64,000 nucleotides of DNA from an uncultured Candidatus Hydrogenedens sp. (GCA_902574205.1 CACGMS010000002.1:22746-86745), one strand, 5' to 3'; positions 1 through 9,589 are shown, counted from the stretch's first letter. Numbers and translations: made by a program. Notes: generated by a model from the sequence alone, not told the origin.

Positions 1-1
1 T

Positions 2-412
2 CAAGAGGCCCTGGATGCCTTCGTGCGTGAGTCGCACGCTGTCGGTATTCAGCTTTGCGAACGCTCTGGTGCTTCGCTGGCCATAAGTGGCGATCTATTC
101 CGTGTGGATCCCGGTCGCTTCGCGGCCTCTCTGGCCGGTTTGTTGGCTAGTGCGCAGGGCGTGATGCGCCCTTTAGGGCGGGAACAGGTTGAGAGTCTTC
201 ACATCGATGCCGGGGAGGTGAAACTCCTCTCGGCGCTCGTGAAACCCGGTTTCACGCTAGTCGTTGTCTTTGATGCGCGAAGTAGCCTTGGGGTGGTCCG
301 ATGGCGTTTGGCGTCTTTAGTGAGTCGTTTGGGGAGTCTTTTGGGTGCGAATGAGCATCAAAGAATAGGCTCACCGATCACGGATGAAGAAATTGAGAAT
401 CTGTTCTCTTAG
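2..412 (+). CDS. mglB: Roadblock/LC7-family protein, MglB-like (GTPase-activating protein homologue). 5' partial: the reading frame is open to the window edge.
   Basis: Frame 2 is open from nt 2 and stops at 412. The C-terminal part, TLVVVFDARSSLGVVRWRL...GSPITDEEIENLFS, matches by eye the M. xanthus MglB roadblock core and its acidic C-terminal helix (VVLVVIFDNRTSLGLVRLRI...GSPFAEISDDDIDNLFSE, recalled from memory). Confidence 0.55.
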   Translation, partial: QEALDAFVRESHAVGIQLCERSGASLAISGDLFRVDPGRFAASLAGLLASAQGVMRPLGREQVESLHIDAGEVKLLSALVKPGFTLVVVFDARSSLGVVRWRLASLVSRLGSLLGANEHQRIGSPITDEEIENLFS

Positions 413-413
413 T

Positions 414-447
414 GTAACACTGCTATACATGTTTGACGGGCTATAAT
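414..447 (+). promoter_or_regulatory. Candidate sigma70-type promoter for the downstream operon, with a -10 TATAAT at 442-447 and a weak -35.
   Basis: A TATAAT hexamer sits 49 nt upstream of ATG 496. The only -35-like hexamer, GTAACA, lies about 22 nt upstream, which is poor spacing. Confidence 0.2.
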
Positions 448-495
448 AGGGCTTGTTACCTGCGCGGCCTGACCGTGAGAGGCTTGGAGATTGCG

Positions 496-1320
496 ATGAA
501 TCTGATGGTTCGAGCAGCACTGTTTATTGCTCTAGTTGGCGTGCCCTTACCGGCTTGGTCTCAAGCAGCTTTGGAGGCGGCTCCGGCTGAAGCCGCGAAT
601 CCGACTGATGGTGATGAGCCTGGCGAAGATAAGGAGGCCCCTGCTGCAGTGGAGCAGTCGACCCCAGCCGCTTCAGCTGATCAAGCAGGATCAGGAAACT
701 CTGGGAACGCAGATGATGCAGATGATGCAGATGACGGCGAAGATGATGGTGACGATGCATACGATGTTCGAGTGCGCGATCTAGAAGAACGAGTCAACCA
801 ACTCAAGATGCGGATTTATCAAAGTAAAGCGCGCTTGGTTCGCTTGCAAGAGGCGGTCATGCATGGCGTGGTCAGTGGTGCTCGAGCACGGTTGGTTCAT
901 CGTAATGAGATGGGTTCGACATTCAAACTTCAAGAAGCTCATTATTTCCTTGATGGCGCACCGTTGAAGCAGATGTCGAACTTGGATGGTAGCCTTGCCA
1001 ATCAAAAGGAGATCGAACTGTTTCAAGGTCAAATTGTCCCGGGCAATCATCAGTTATCGGTGAATTTGGTTTATGCCGGTAATGGCTTCGGGATCTTTTC
1101 CTACTTGAAGGGTTATCGATTCAAAATCCGATCCAGCTACACCTTCTCCGCTGAGGAGGGTAAGTTCACCGAGATCAAAGTCGTTGGCTTTGAGCGTGGA
1201 GGGATTACGACTGACCTGAGGGAGCGACCGACTGTCCGTTATGACGTTGATGTCATGAAGGATACGGCTAGGTCTCAAAAGAAAGAGCAGGCGGATAAGC
1301 CTGTCGCCAAGGGGAACTGA
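496..1320 (+). CDS. Secreted hypothetical protein with a signal peptide, an Asp/Glu-rich low-complexity segment (DDADDADDGEDDGDD), a coiled-coil and a C-terminal beta-rich domain.
   Basis: ATG at 496 is preceded by GGAGA. MNLMVRAALFIALVGVPLPAWSQA is a signal peptide. The ORF track's 433 start adds a non-signal N-terminus and is unlikely. A 7-bp gap separates it from the next gene. Confidence 0.6.
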   Translation: MNLMVRAALFIALVGVPLPAWSQAALEAAPAEAANPTDGDEPGEDKEAPAAVEQSTPAASADQAGSGNSGNADDADDADDGEDDGDDAYDVRVRDLEERVNQLKMRIYQSKARLVRLQEAVMHGVVSGARARLVHRNEMGSTFKLQEAHYFLDGAPLKQMSNLDGSLANQKEIELFQGQIVPGNHQLSVNLVYAGNGFGIFSYLKGYRFKIRSSYTFSAEEGKFTEIKVVGFERGGITTDLRERPTVRYDVDVMKDTARSQKKEQADKPVAKGN

Positions 1321-1326
1321 CCCACT

Positions 1327-3675
1327 ATGCTGCGTCCTGCGGGGCTCTCGCTCCTTACTTTAGTCATCGCATTTAGCGTTGATGCCGAGGCTCAGTCCTC
1401 GGTCAAAGAGGGTTTGCGTACGGTTTCGGGGATGGCGGATGAGGTCAGCGGTCGAGCGCAGTTTATCGAGCAGCAGTTCCGCAAGAAGTCGATGGGTGTA
1501 GAAGAACGTGGTCGTAAAGCTCGGCTAGAAAACGGCGAGGTTTTGTTTTTGCTCAAAGACTACCGCAACGCTGCGGTTGTTCTTTTTGATCTCGTTGAAG
1601 ACCCTAAGCTTAAGAATGACAAACGGTATGCTGACGCCGTTTATTTTTTGGCTGAGTCATTGTTTCAAGATGGCAACGGCTCGGCGGCTCGTATTTACTT
1701 TAAGCGTTTGGTTGAAGCAGGGGCATCCCGTCATCTGACCCCCTCTATCCTGCGACTGATAGAGATAGCGGGCTCGCGTGCAGAGTTTGATGAGGTCGGT
1801 AAAGCGTTCAAGGCCTATCAAAAGGCGAGTGGTGGTCGGATTCCGCCGCAGGTCGATTATTTTTATGGAAAGTCGTTGATTCACGGTGGTGATTATGCGG
1901 CCGCTATCGAGCGCCTCAAGCGCTCTGCTGTTGAGGGGCCTTACCGTCATCAGTCGACGTATGCGACTGGTGTGGCGTTGGCCGCTTTGGGTAAACTCAA
2001 CGATGCGGCAGAAATGTTCGACTCTTTGCTGAAGTTTGTTCCTTCGACCGACGCTCAGAAAGAAATACGAGAACTTACCCACCTTGCCCGCGGACGAGTC
2101 TACTACGAAATTGGTGAAATCGGTGCGAGTATCGATGCCTATCAAAGCATTGATCACCGTTCGAAGTATTTCGATGAGATGTTGTTCGAAATTACATGGG
2201 CATACGTCAAAAGCGCTGAAGAAAAAGACGACGAAGACGATAAGAATACGCAATACAAAAAGGCGGTGCGGGCGGTTGAGATTTTACTTGCCAGTAATCC
2301 GCATTCGCCGGTTGTTCCTGAGGCGAAGGTTTTGCTTGGAAACCTGCACTTGCGCCTTAAGCAGTATGGACTGGCGGTCAAAGCATTTGACCAGGTGGTG
2401 AAGGACTACGAGCCGGGGCATGAGGAATTGCGACGGATTATTCGCGAGCGTGGTGATCCCATGCGGTATTTCCGCGAGATTATTGCGACCGGATTGGACA
2501 AGTTATCAGCAGAAAGCATGTTGCCGCCAGTTGCTTTGGATTGGGCTCGCTCTGACGGTGATCTGGACGGTGCTGTTCGTTTGTTCACCGAGCTTGAGCG
2601 CGGTGAGCGCGATTTAGCAGAAGCCGATCAGTTGATTGAAAAGATTCTTAGTCGCATTGAAGGTGAACGCCGAATTAACATGTTTCCGACCCTTGCCGAC
2701 CAACAAGGTCGAGCGGTTGAGGTTGGCGCTTTGGCTGCTGATTGTGAGCGTCGGTTGCTTGATTTGGAAACCCGCATCCTGCGTGAGCAGGGCTTGAATA
2801 CCGAGCAGTTGAGCGCGTTGCGTGCTGAGCGTCTACGGCTTCAGGCTCAGGTCGATAAGCTACCACCGACACTCAAGGCTCGAACGGAGCGAGTGGCGTC
2901 GGTCACGCGTCGGCTGGGTGATTTGAAGCAGCGTTTGTTCCGGCTGACGCTTGAGTTAAAAGGGTTTAAAAAGACGATCGCTGCGGTCGATCAGTACGTC
3001 GCAGGGCGTCGACAAAAAGGGAACCTGAGCCGTGAGGAGCTTGGATTCTTCCAGGTTAATGTGCCGGTGATTCGCGATATGATTATTGATATGGAGCGTA
3101 TTGCGCAGCGCCTCAAAGCTGAAATTGAGAGCGAGGTTTCGGGGGTTGGTGCTGGTGCCGGCAGTGATGAATTTGCGTTACGTGCTGAATTTCGCCAAGC
3201 GCTCGCTAGAGAGCGCGACGCCGCCACTCAGTTGAGGGCGCGATTGACTGGCGAAAATCTCACCGACATACGCAATCTTGATGCCGTTCGGCAGCGTGTG
3301 GCTCGAGCACAGCAACAAGTGGATAAGGTCTTGCGAGAACTTGAGACTGTAGTCGCTAACGAGGCGGGCAACATAAGAGGTCGCGTGATGGTGGAGCAAG
3401 CTCGTTTGAGGGGGCTTCGAGCAGAAGAGGAGGCCTTAGCGAGGCAGGCTGAGCGTGGAGCGATCGGCGCCGTAAATGCGACGCTGAGCAACGTGAGTAA
3501 CAAGTTCTATCAAATTATTCGCAACGCAGACGTTGGTAAAATCGATGTGGCTTGGGAGCAGAAAGAAACAGAAACCAAAGGGATTACTAAGCTGGGTCGA
3601 GCAAAAGAACGAGAGATGTCTCGTATTCGAGAGCAGTTTGACGAAGCTTTAGGCGGTGAGGGGGCTAGCAAGTGA
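1327..3675 (+). CDS. Periplasmic TPR-repeat protein with a long central coiled-coil (GltD/GltE-type candidate).
   Basis: 782-aa ORF. N-terminal signal peptide (MLRPAGLSLLTLVIAFSVDAEA). TPR-like helical repeats in the N-terminal half and heptad-rich segments from about aa 400 to 780. Its stop overlaps the next start (GTGA at 3672-3675). Confidence 0.7.
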   Translation: MLRPAGLSLLTLVIAFSVDAEAQSSVKEGLRTVSGMADEVSGRAQFIEQQFRKKSMGVEERGRKARLENGEVLFLLKDYRNAAVVLFDLVEDPKLKNDKRYADAVYFLAESLFQDGNGSAARIYFKRLVEAGASRHLTPSILRLIEIAGSRAEFDEVGKAFKAYQKASGGRIPPQVDYFYGKSLIHGGDYAAAIERLKRSAVEGPYRHQSTYATGVALAALGKLNDAAEMFDSLLKFVPSTDAQKEIRELTHLARGRVYYEIGEIGASIDAYQSIDHRSKYFDEMLFEITWAYVKSAEEKDDEDDKNTQYKKAVRAVEILLASNPHSPVVPEAKVLLGNLHLRLKQYGLAVKAFDQVVKDYEPGHEELRRIIRERGDPMRYFREIIATGLDKLSAESMLPPVALDWARSDGDLDGAVRLFTELERGERDLAEADQLIEKILSRIEGERRINMFPTLADQQGRAVEVGALAADCERRLLDLETRILREQGLNTEQLSALRAERLRLQAQVDKLPPTLKARTERVASVTRRLGDLKQRLFRLTLELKGFKKTIAAVDQYVAGRRQKGNLSREELGFFQVNVPVIRDMIIDMERIAQRLKAEIESEVSGVGAGAGSDEFALRAEFRQALARERDAATQLRARLTGENLTDIRNLDAVRQRVARAQQQVDKVLRELETVVANEAGNIRGRVMVEQARLRGLRAEEEALARQAERGAIGAVNATLSNVSNKFYQIIRNADVGKIDVAWEQKETETKGITKLGRAKEREMSRIREQFDEALGGEGASK

Positions 3676-6600
3676 CGCGTGGACTAACGCTGGCACTCGG
3701 TTTCTTTTTAGCCGCCCAGGTTGTTGCTCAGGGTCAGCCGGATACAGCCAAGCAATCGGAAGACGCTGAACCAGCACCAGCGAAAGCCGGGTCGACAGAC
3801 TCAAAGGCAGCAGAGCAACCATCAAATGATGATCCGCCAGAGGCGGGAGCCGCTGTGGCTGAGGCGCAGCAAAAGACGCCAGAGCAGTTAGCGAAAGAGA
3901 AAGCCAAAAAAGAATTTGAAGAGACCGTTGCTCGCTTCAAAAAGGTCTCTGATGAGTTCAATGCTGAGATTATGGCGACGATCAAGCGCAAGCGAGATGC
4001 TCGCATGCGCCGCATCGATATCGATTTTGAACAGCGTATCGGCGAGTTAGAGCGGCGTGAATCCGAGCGACGTAAAGGTGCAATTGAAGCATTTGAGCGC
4101 TTTGTGAGTCGCTATGCTTATGATGCCGAATATTCACCTCAAGCGATGTTTCGATTGGCTGAACTCTACTTTGAGCAAGCTAAATACGACTACAATGATG
4201 CCGATGAGGAGTTTTCTAGGCAGCTTGAATTGTTTGAGCAGAAAAAGATTGGCAAAGAGCCCGATGCGCCGGTTTTGGATTTGGCTAAGAGCATTAAGTT
4301 GTACGAGACAATCCTCAAGCGCTTTCCAAAGTTCGAACAAAACGACGGTGTTCAATATCTCCTAGCGTTTTGTTTAGAGGAGACCGGCGAATTTGAGCGC
4401 AGCCTGTCGAATTATGAAGGCTTGGTCGCTAACTACCCCGACAGTAAGTTTGTACCTGAAGTCTGGTTGCGTATCGGTGAAAATCATTTCACTGAAGATC
4501 GGTTATGCGAAGCGCTTGATGCTTATCGTCGGGTACTCAACAATCCCGAGTCAGCTTTGTACGATAAGGCACTCTACAAAGTCGCGTGGACGCACTATCG
4601 CCTCGATCGTTTTGATGCGGCGTACAAGCGCTTCATCGAGTTGATCGATTTTTCGGATAAAAAAGCTGAAGAAACCGGTGAGAGTGGATCAGACCTTAGG
4701 AAAGAGGCGTTGCAATACGTCGCTGTTGCTGCCGTTGAACAGGGGTGGGGGCGGCCTGCGACGGGCGAAGAGTTAGATCAGTGTAAAGCGGTTGTAGCTC
4801 AAGACGAGTTGTACGACGAAAAACAGGCTGAGTTGATGGATGAGTATGATGCCAAGGGGATCACGCCACCAGAAGTCTCAGCTGGTGACCGTTTGGAGCA
4901 GATGTTCGCTGCGGTGGGTGGGCGTAGCTACCAACGTGAAGTGTATTTAGAGGTGGCTAAGGTCCTGTTCGACCAAGCCGCATGGCAGAAGTATACGCCG
5001 ATCGCTAAGCGGGTGATCGAGCTTGACCCTATGCACCCGGATAATCCGAACGTGGCGATGAATATTATTGCTGCTTATGACCAACTGGGTCGCGAGAAGC
5101 TCGCTGAGGGCGCTGCTGCGCGTGAGGCATTGTTTACGACTTATGGTCCGGGTACCGAGTGGCAAGAGGCGAACAAAAATCGCCCTTCGGTGATTCGAAA
5201 GGCGATGAAGCTGGCTCAAGACGCTTTGATTTCCTCGGCCTTGTTTCGACTCGACCTTGCCCAGAAATACTTCCAGGAAGAGAAGGTCGCTTTAGCCTCT
5301 GAAGAAGCTCGAGTTTCTGCGCAGATGCTTTCTGACTACATCGAGCGATTTCCTTATGACCCAAATCTCTACGAGTACAACTATTACCTAGGTATTGGTT
5401 ATACAATGTCGGTGCAGTTTCTTAAGGCAGCCGACGTCTTTGAGTTGGTACGCGACGATAAGAAGAATAGTAAATATCGCGAGGATGCGGCTTACCGTGC
5501 GTTCTTGAACTTGCAGGCCGAGGTCGATTCGCAAACTCAAAAAGGTACGTTGCCTGAGCCGCCACCGCTAGCGGATACTCCGCAGGAGATTCCTCGCCTT
5601 TTGGTGCGTTTGATCGACGCGTCGATGAGGTACATCAAATCAAGTCCAAACACCGAAGATACACCGCGTTTCTACTTTAATGCAGCGACAATTTATGCCC
5701 AATACTCACACAAGTCGAAAGCCGATAAATGGTACCGAAAACTGATCGATACCTTCCCTGAGTCGGAAGGGGCGGTGGATGCTGCTCGATGGGTGCTCAA
5801 TGAGTACTCTGCTACAGAAGACTGGAAGAACGTTGAGGCCTGGTGTCGCCGTATGCTCAAGATTGGCGTCGGTAAAGACAACGAAGAATTCAAAGAGCAG
5901 ATGAGCAAAAGCGCTGCCGGTGCTGTGTATAAGCAAGCCGTCGCTGCGTTTGGTAAAAAGGAATTCCAACTGGCGCATGACGAGTTTTTGCGCTTGGTCA
6001 AGGAGGACCCGAAGAATCAGTTTGCAGCTAAGGCGCTGTATTCAGCAGCTCAGTCAATGGCTGAACTTAAGCGCTTTTTGTCGGCCGGTCAGCTTTATGA
6101 GCGAGTCTTCAAAGAGTACCCAGAAGATAAAGATCTCGCTGCAAAAGCATTATTTAATGTTGCATCGACGGCCTATGAGGGCTTTGAGTTCGATCGCGCC
6201 ATCTCATTGTATTTGAAATTGGTGTCCGATTACAAAGATTTCCCCGATCGAGCCGATGCGCTCTACAACGCTGCTGTTGCGCTACAGAGCACCGAACAGT
6301 TCAAGCGCGCCGCGCTGTTGTTTCAGAAATACACCAAGCTGTTTAAAGATCGGCCTGATGTACCTGAGGTGTTTTTCAATTCGGCTTTGGTTTGGGAGCA
6401 GGCGAAAGACGATCGCCGCATGAAACGAACATTTAATGAGTTTATTCGTAAGTACGGCAGTAAGAAAGAACAAGGCGGGCGTGTCGTTCAAATCTATTCG
6501 AAGTTTAGCGACCAATTGTGGGACGAGTTGGTGACTTTGAAATCGAAGCCGCCGAAAAGCAGGGCTCAGCGCCGGCGGTGGTCTAAATCGGTCAAGAATG

Positions 6601-7640
6601 CGCGAAAGAAAGTCGACCGATTTGTTGATAAAACGCTGGATGAATACAAAAAACGAGGTTTTGCACCGCAAACGATTGAGGCAGCTTATGCTGCTAAGGC
6701 GCATTTTCGTAAACTCGAAGCTGAATTCGAAGAGTACGCGGCGCTCGATTTTGGTGTGCAGGCACGAAAAGATGTTGAGCTTGCAAAGAAGCTTCAAAAG
6801 CGCATCAAAGAGAAGTTTGAATGGGCGAACAATCTTGAGAAAAAGTACCTCGATATCTTCCAGTATCTGACCTTTGATTGGACCTTGGCTGCATCGTATC
6901 GAATTGGTTCGATCTGGGAGAATTTTGCCGAGAAACTCTACAATGCGCCAGTGCCGAGACAGTTTCGTAATGACGACATTATGATGGATGAGTGGAAGGT
7001 TTTGCTTGAGCAGCAAGCCGAGCCATTTGAGCAGCGTGCGGTGCAAAAGTATGGCGACCTCATCAAAGAGGCGCGCAAGCGGAAGTTCCGCAACATGTGG
7101 ACGAAAAAGGCACTTCAGAGTTTGAATCGTTATGCGCGAGACGAATGGCCGATCGAAAAAGAAGCAATTACGAGTGGTCTTGAGGCGTTGTTGCCTGGTG
7201 ACTTGTTCGCTCAGCCCGCAGCTTATCGAAAGCCGCCACCACCGCCGCCGGAACCCAAAGACAAGGGCGAAGAGAAGCCTGAGGATAAGGGCGAAGAGAA
7301 GTCTGAGGACAAGGGTGAAGAGAAGCCTGAGGATAAGGGCGAAGAGAAGTCTGAGGACAAGGGTGAAGAGAAGCCTGAGGATAAGGGCGAAGAGAAGTCT
7401 GAGGACAAGGGTGAAGAGAAGCCTGAGGATAAGGGCGAAGAGAAGTCTGAGGACAAGGGTGAAGAGAAAGCTGAGGACAAGGGTGAAGAGAAAGCTGAGG
7501 ATATGGTGGAAAATCAACCCGCCGTCGATGTTCAGCCGTCGGATGTGCCTAGCCCGGACCAAGTAGAAGCCGACCAAAAATCCGCCGAAGAGAAATCGGA
7601 TCAAGCGCCACCAGCCGATAGCGATGAGGAGGACAAATGA
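3672..7640 (+). CDS. Large secreted TPR-repeat protein (1322 aa) with a C-terminal acidic (DKGEEK[P/S/A]E)x10 repeat tail.
   Basis: GTG start overlaps the upstream stop. Signal peptide MTRGLTLALGFFLAAQVVAQG. Multiple TPR-like repeats with the Y/W/F-A-L pattern. A 240-bp perfect tandem repeat sits at the 3' end. Its stop overlaps the next ATG (ATGA at 7637). Confidence 0.75.
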   Translation: MTRGLTLALGFFLAAQVVAQGQPDTAKQSEDAEPAPAKAGSTDSKAAEQPSNDDPPEAGAAVAEAQQKTPEQLAKEKAKKEFEETVARFKKVSDEFNAEIMATIKRKRDARMRRIDIDFEQRIGELERRESERRKGAIEAFERFVSRYAYDAEYSPQAMFRLAELYFEQAKYDYNDADEEFSRQLELFEQKKIGKEPDAPVLDLAKSIKLYETILKRFPKFEQNDGVQYLLAFCLEETGEFERSLSNYEGLVANYPDSKFVPEVWLRIGENHFTEDRLCEALDAYRRVLNNPESALYDKALYKVAWTHYRLDRFDAAYKRFIELIDFSDKKAEETGESGSDLRKEALQYVAVAAVEQGWGRPATGEELDQCKAVVAQDELYDEKQAELMDEYDAKGITPPEVSAGDRLEQMFAAVGGRSYQREVYLEVAKVLFDQAAWQKYTPIAKRVIELDPMHPDNPNVAMNIIAAYDQLGREKLAEGAAAREALFTTYGPGTEWQEANKNRPSVIRKAMKLAQDALISSALFRLDLAQKYFQEEKVALASEEARVSAQMLSDYIERFPYDPNLYEYNYYLGIGYTMSVQFLKAADVFELVRDDKKNSKYREDAAYRAFLNLQAEVDSQTQKGTLPEPPPLADTPQEIPRLLVRLIDASMRYIKSSPNTEDTPRFYFNAATIYAQYSHKSKADKWYRKLIDTFPESEGAVDAARWVLNEYSATEDWKNVEAWCRRMLKIGVGKDNEEFKEQMSKSAAGAVYKQAVAAFGKKEFQLAHDEFLRLVKEDPKNQFAAKALYSAAQSMAELKRFLSAGQLYERVFKEYPEDKDLAAKALFNVASTAYEGFEFDRAISLYLKLVSDYKDFPDRADALYNAAVALQSTEQFKRAALLFQKYTKLFKDRPDVPEVFFNSALVWEQAKDDRRMKRTFNEFIRKYGSKKEQGGRVVQIYSKFSDQLWDELVTLKSKPPKSRAQRRRWSKSVKNARKKVDRFVDKTLDEYKKRGFAPQTIEAAYAAKAHFRKLEAEFEEYAALDFGVQARKDVELAKKLQKRIKEKFEWANNLEKKYLDIFQYLTFDWTLAASYRIGSIWENFAEKLYNAPVPRQFRNDDIMMDEWKVLLEQQAEPFEQRAVQKYGDLIKEARKRKFRNMWTKKALQSLNRYARDEWPIEKEAITSGLEALLPGDLFAQPAAYRKPPPPPPEPKDKGEEKPEDKGEEKSEDKGEEKPEDKGEEKSEDKGEEKPEDKGEEKSEDKGEEKPEDKGEEKSEDKGEEKAEDKGEEKAEDMVENQPAVDVQPSDVPSPDQVEADQKSAEEKSDQAPPADSDEEDK
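7260..7499 (+). repeat. In-frame tandem DNA repeat: 24-bp unit x10, with strict 48-bp super-period. Encodes DKGEEKPE/DKGEEKSE alternation.
   Basis: Units gacaagggYgaagagaagYctgag / gataagggcgaagagaagtctgag alternate. U3 to U8 are three perfect 48-bp copies. The last two units carry aaagct (KAE). Confidence 0.92.
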
Positions 7641-9589
7641 AACGTGTCGTACTTTTCATGATCCTCGGTGCTTCGTGTGCCTCACCGAAACCTGCCCAGC
7701 CTGAACCGGTTGTCTTTGATGAGGCGCCAGTAATGGAGCCTGAAGCCGGCCCGGCTGAGCCTGTTGAGGCGGGTTTTACACCGGATGCAGCGGCAGACGC
7801 AGGTGAGATCGTTGTTCCGGATGCAGCGGTCGATGCTGGTTCGGTGCTTCCTGATGCGGGTACTGTCGACGCAGGGCGTTTGGTTGAGCCTTTGTTGCCC
7901 GATGAGGCCCTAAAAGCGCGCTTTGAAAAAGCTCTAGACCAAGCGCTTGATGACCCGAAAGCTGCGGAGTCTGAGTTTGATGCGATCGCTGCTGTGGCAC
8001 CCAACTTCTATTTTGCGCATTACAATGCTGCGCTGTGTCGTTTGAGACAGGGTGATAAACAAGCAGGCATGGCTCGATTGCAGTCTGTGCATGACCAGTT
8101 TGGTTCGGTTTTTCATGGCGCAACAGAAGCGCTTGCTTGGGCAAAGTTTCGCGATGGCGATAAAGAAGGCGCACAGTCCCTTCTAAGGGGCGCGATGAAT
8201 GATCACCCTCGTGTTCTTGATTTGCGAAACGCGTACGGTCGCATGTTGCTTGAAGTTGGTCGTTACGAAGAGGCGGCTGCGCTATCGATGAAAACTCTTA
8301 AGAAAGACGAAGTAAATGTCTCTGCGATGCAGGTTCTAGGTTGGTCGTTTTGTAAGCGTGAAAAGATGGGGCTGTGCCTTCTCGTGCTCGGGAACGCGTT
8401 GAAAGTTCCTGGTGAAGAAGCGAACGGGATGACCAATTACCTAGCGGCTTTAGCGTACCTAAAATATGCGAAAGGTGCTCAGAAGTTAACAGCTGAAGCG
8501 CGCGTTCGCCGCGCTCATGGGTATTTGGAAAAGGCAGCCGCAGGCTTGCCAGATAAGCCAGAGGTACTGATTAATTATGCTCGCGTTTTGCTCGATCGCG
8601 GCGACCCTCAGCAGGCCTATAAGTTAAGTCGAAGAGCCACGGTTCTGCGGCCGGACTTAATCGAGGGTTGGATGCTCAAGGCTGTCGCTGAGCGCGATAA
8701 GGGTGACTATGCCGCAAGTCGAACGACCTTTTTGAAGATTCTCAACGAGTATCCAGAACAGTATTCGGTGCTTTATAATTTGGGTATTTTGTATCTCGAT
8801 CACGGCATGAAAAAGGTCGAGGGACAAGAGTTGTGTCCAGATGTCTCGATCGACGACATGAAGCAAGAAGTGGGATCGGATTTGTTTGACGGTGTCGCGG
8901 TCAAGCACGTCGACAAGACGATGGTCGACAAACTGCGCCGATTGCGTCAGGCGACGAGTTACCTTGAGCGGTTTCGTAAGAGTACGGAGCTCGATAATGA
9001 GCGCTCGATCGAAGTGGAGAAACAGATCCGCGCAGCGAATAAGGCCATTCGTAGCGAGAGTAAGAAACGCGCGCGGAACATCAAGCGTGCCAAGCGAGAA
9101 AAGAAAAAGGCAGAGCGGCGCAAAAAGCGGATGGAGCGCGAAGCCAAGAAAAAAGCTGCTGAGGAAAAGAAAGCCGCTGAGGAAAAGGCTGCTGCTGAAG
9201 CGCAGGGCGCTGCTGTAAGTGGAGAAGCTGACGGTTCATCGCAGGTTGAGTCGACGTCTTCGAAGGATAACGCGAACACGGACGCTGATGCGCCTGTTGC
9301 TGAGCCGGTGCCAACGCCAGAGACCGCAGCGGGAGCGCCGCGAGCGAACGCCGGCGAAGGCGAAGAAAAGGGCGAAGAAAAGGGCGACGAAAAGAGCGAA
9401 GAAAAGGGCGAAGAAAAGAGCGACGAAAAGAGCGACGAAAAGAGCGACGAAAATTCGTCTGAGCAAACTAAGCCTGCGTCGGAATCCAAATCTGATGATG
9501 AATCGCAGTCTTCTGCTTCGGAAGATCAGCAGCAAGCCGAAGCTGAGAATGAAGAACCTTCTGATGGTTCGGAGCGCGAAGAGAAATGA
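7637..9589 (+). CDS. TPR-repeat lipoprotein (650 aa) with a Lys-rich coiled-coil segment and an acidic EEKGE/DEKSD repeat tail.
   Basis: N-terminus MKRVVLFMILGASC has signal and lipobox-like features. TPR-like repeats at aa 120-400. KRAKREKKKAERRKKRMEREAKKKAAEEKKAAEEKAAAEA helix. 15-bp repeats at 9352-9455. Coupled by ATGA at both ends. Confidence 0.72.
   Translation: MKRVVLFMILGASCASPKPAQPEPVVFDEAPVMEPEAGPAEPVEAGFTPDAAADAGEIVVPDAAVDAGSVLPDAGTVDAGRLVEPLLPDEALKARFEKALDQALDDPKAAESEFDAIAAVAPNFYFAHYNAALCRLRQGDKQAGMARLQSVHDQFGSVFHGATEALAWAKFRDGDKEGAQSLLRGAMNDHPRVLDLRNAYGRMLLEVGRYEEAAALSMKTLKKDEVNVSAMQVLGWSFCKREKMGLCLLVLGNALKVPGEEANGMTNYLAALAYLKYAKGAQKLTAEARVRRAHGYLEKAAAGLPDKPEVLINYARVLLDRGDPQQAYKLSRRATVLRPDLIEGWMLKAVAERDKGDYAASRTTFLKILNEYPEQYSVLYNLGILYLDHGMKKVEGQELCPDVSIDDMKQEVGSDLFDGVAVKHVDKTMVDKLRRLRQATSYLERFRKSTELDNERSIEVEKQIRAANKAIRSESKKRARNIKRAKREKKKAERRKKRMEREAKKKAAEEKKAAEEKAAAEAQGAAVSGEADGSSQVESTSSKDNANTDADAPVAEPVPTPETAAGAPRANAGEGEEKGEEKGDEKSEEKGEEKSDEKSDEKSDENSSEQTKPASESKSDDESQSSASEDQQQAEAENEEPSDGSEREEK
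9352..9455 (+). repeat. Imperfect 15-bp in-frame tandem repeat (about 7 units) encoding (E/D)EK(G/S)(E/D).
   Basis: Units are gaagaaaagggcgaa / gacgaaaagagcgaa / gacgaaaagagcgac variants. Confidence 0.7.

Noticed and set aside
433-495. ORF-track start at 433 for the secreted acidic protein.
   Set aside because: The extension precedes the signal peptide. ATG 496 with a GGAGA RBS is preferred, and 433 would leave only 20 bp after the mglB-like stop.
7260-7499. Could the regular 24/48-bp repeat be a CRISPR array?
   Set aside because: It is in-frame coding sequence with no unique spacers, no palindromic repeat, and no cas genes.
6282-7604. 440-aa minus-strand ORF opposite the 3' part of the 1322-aa TPR gene.
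   Set aside because: It is antisense to a strongly supported CDS. Its open frame is a by-product of the GAA/GAG/AAG-rich tandem repeat, which has no stops on the reverse strand. The protein is poly-Leu/Phe low complexity.
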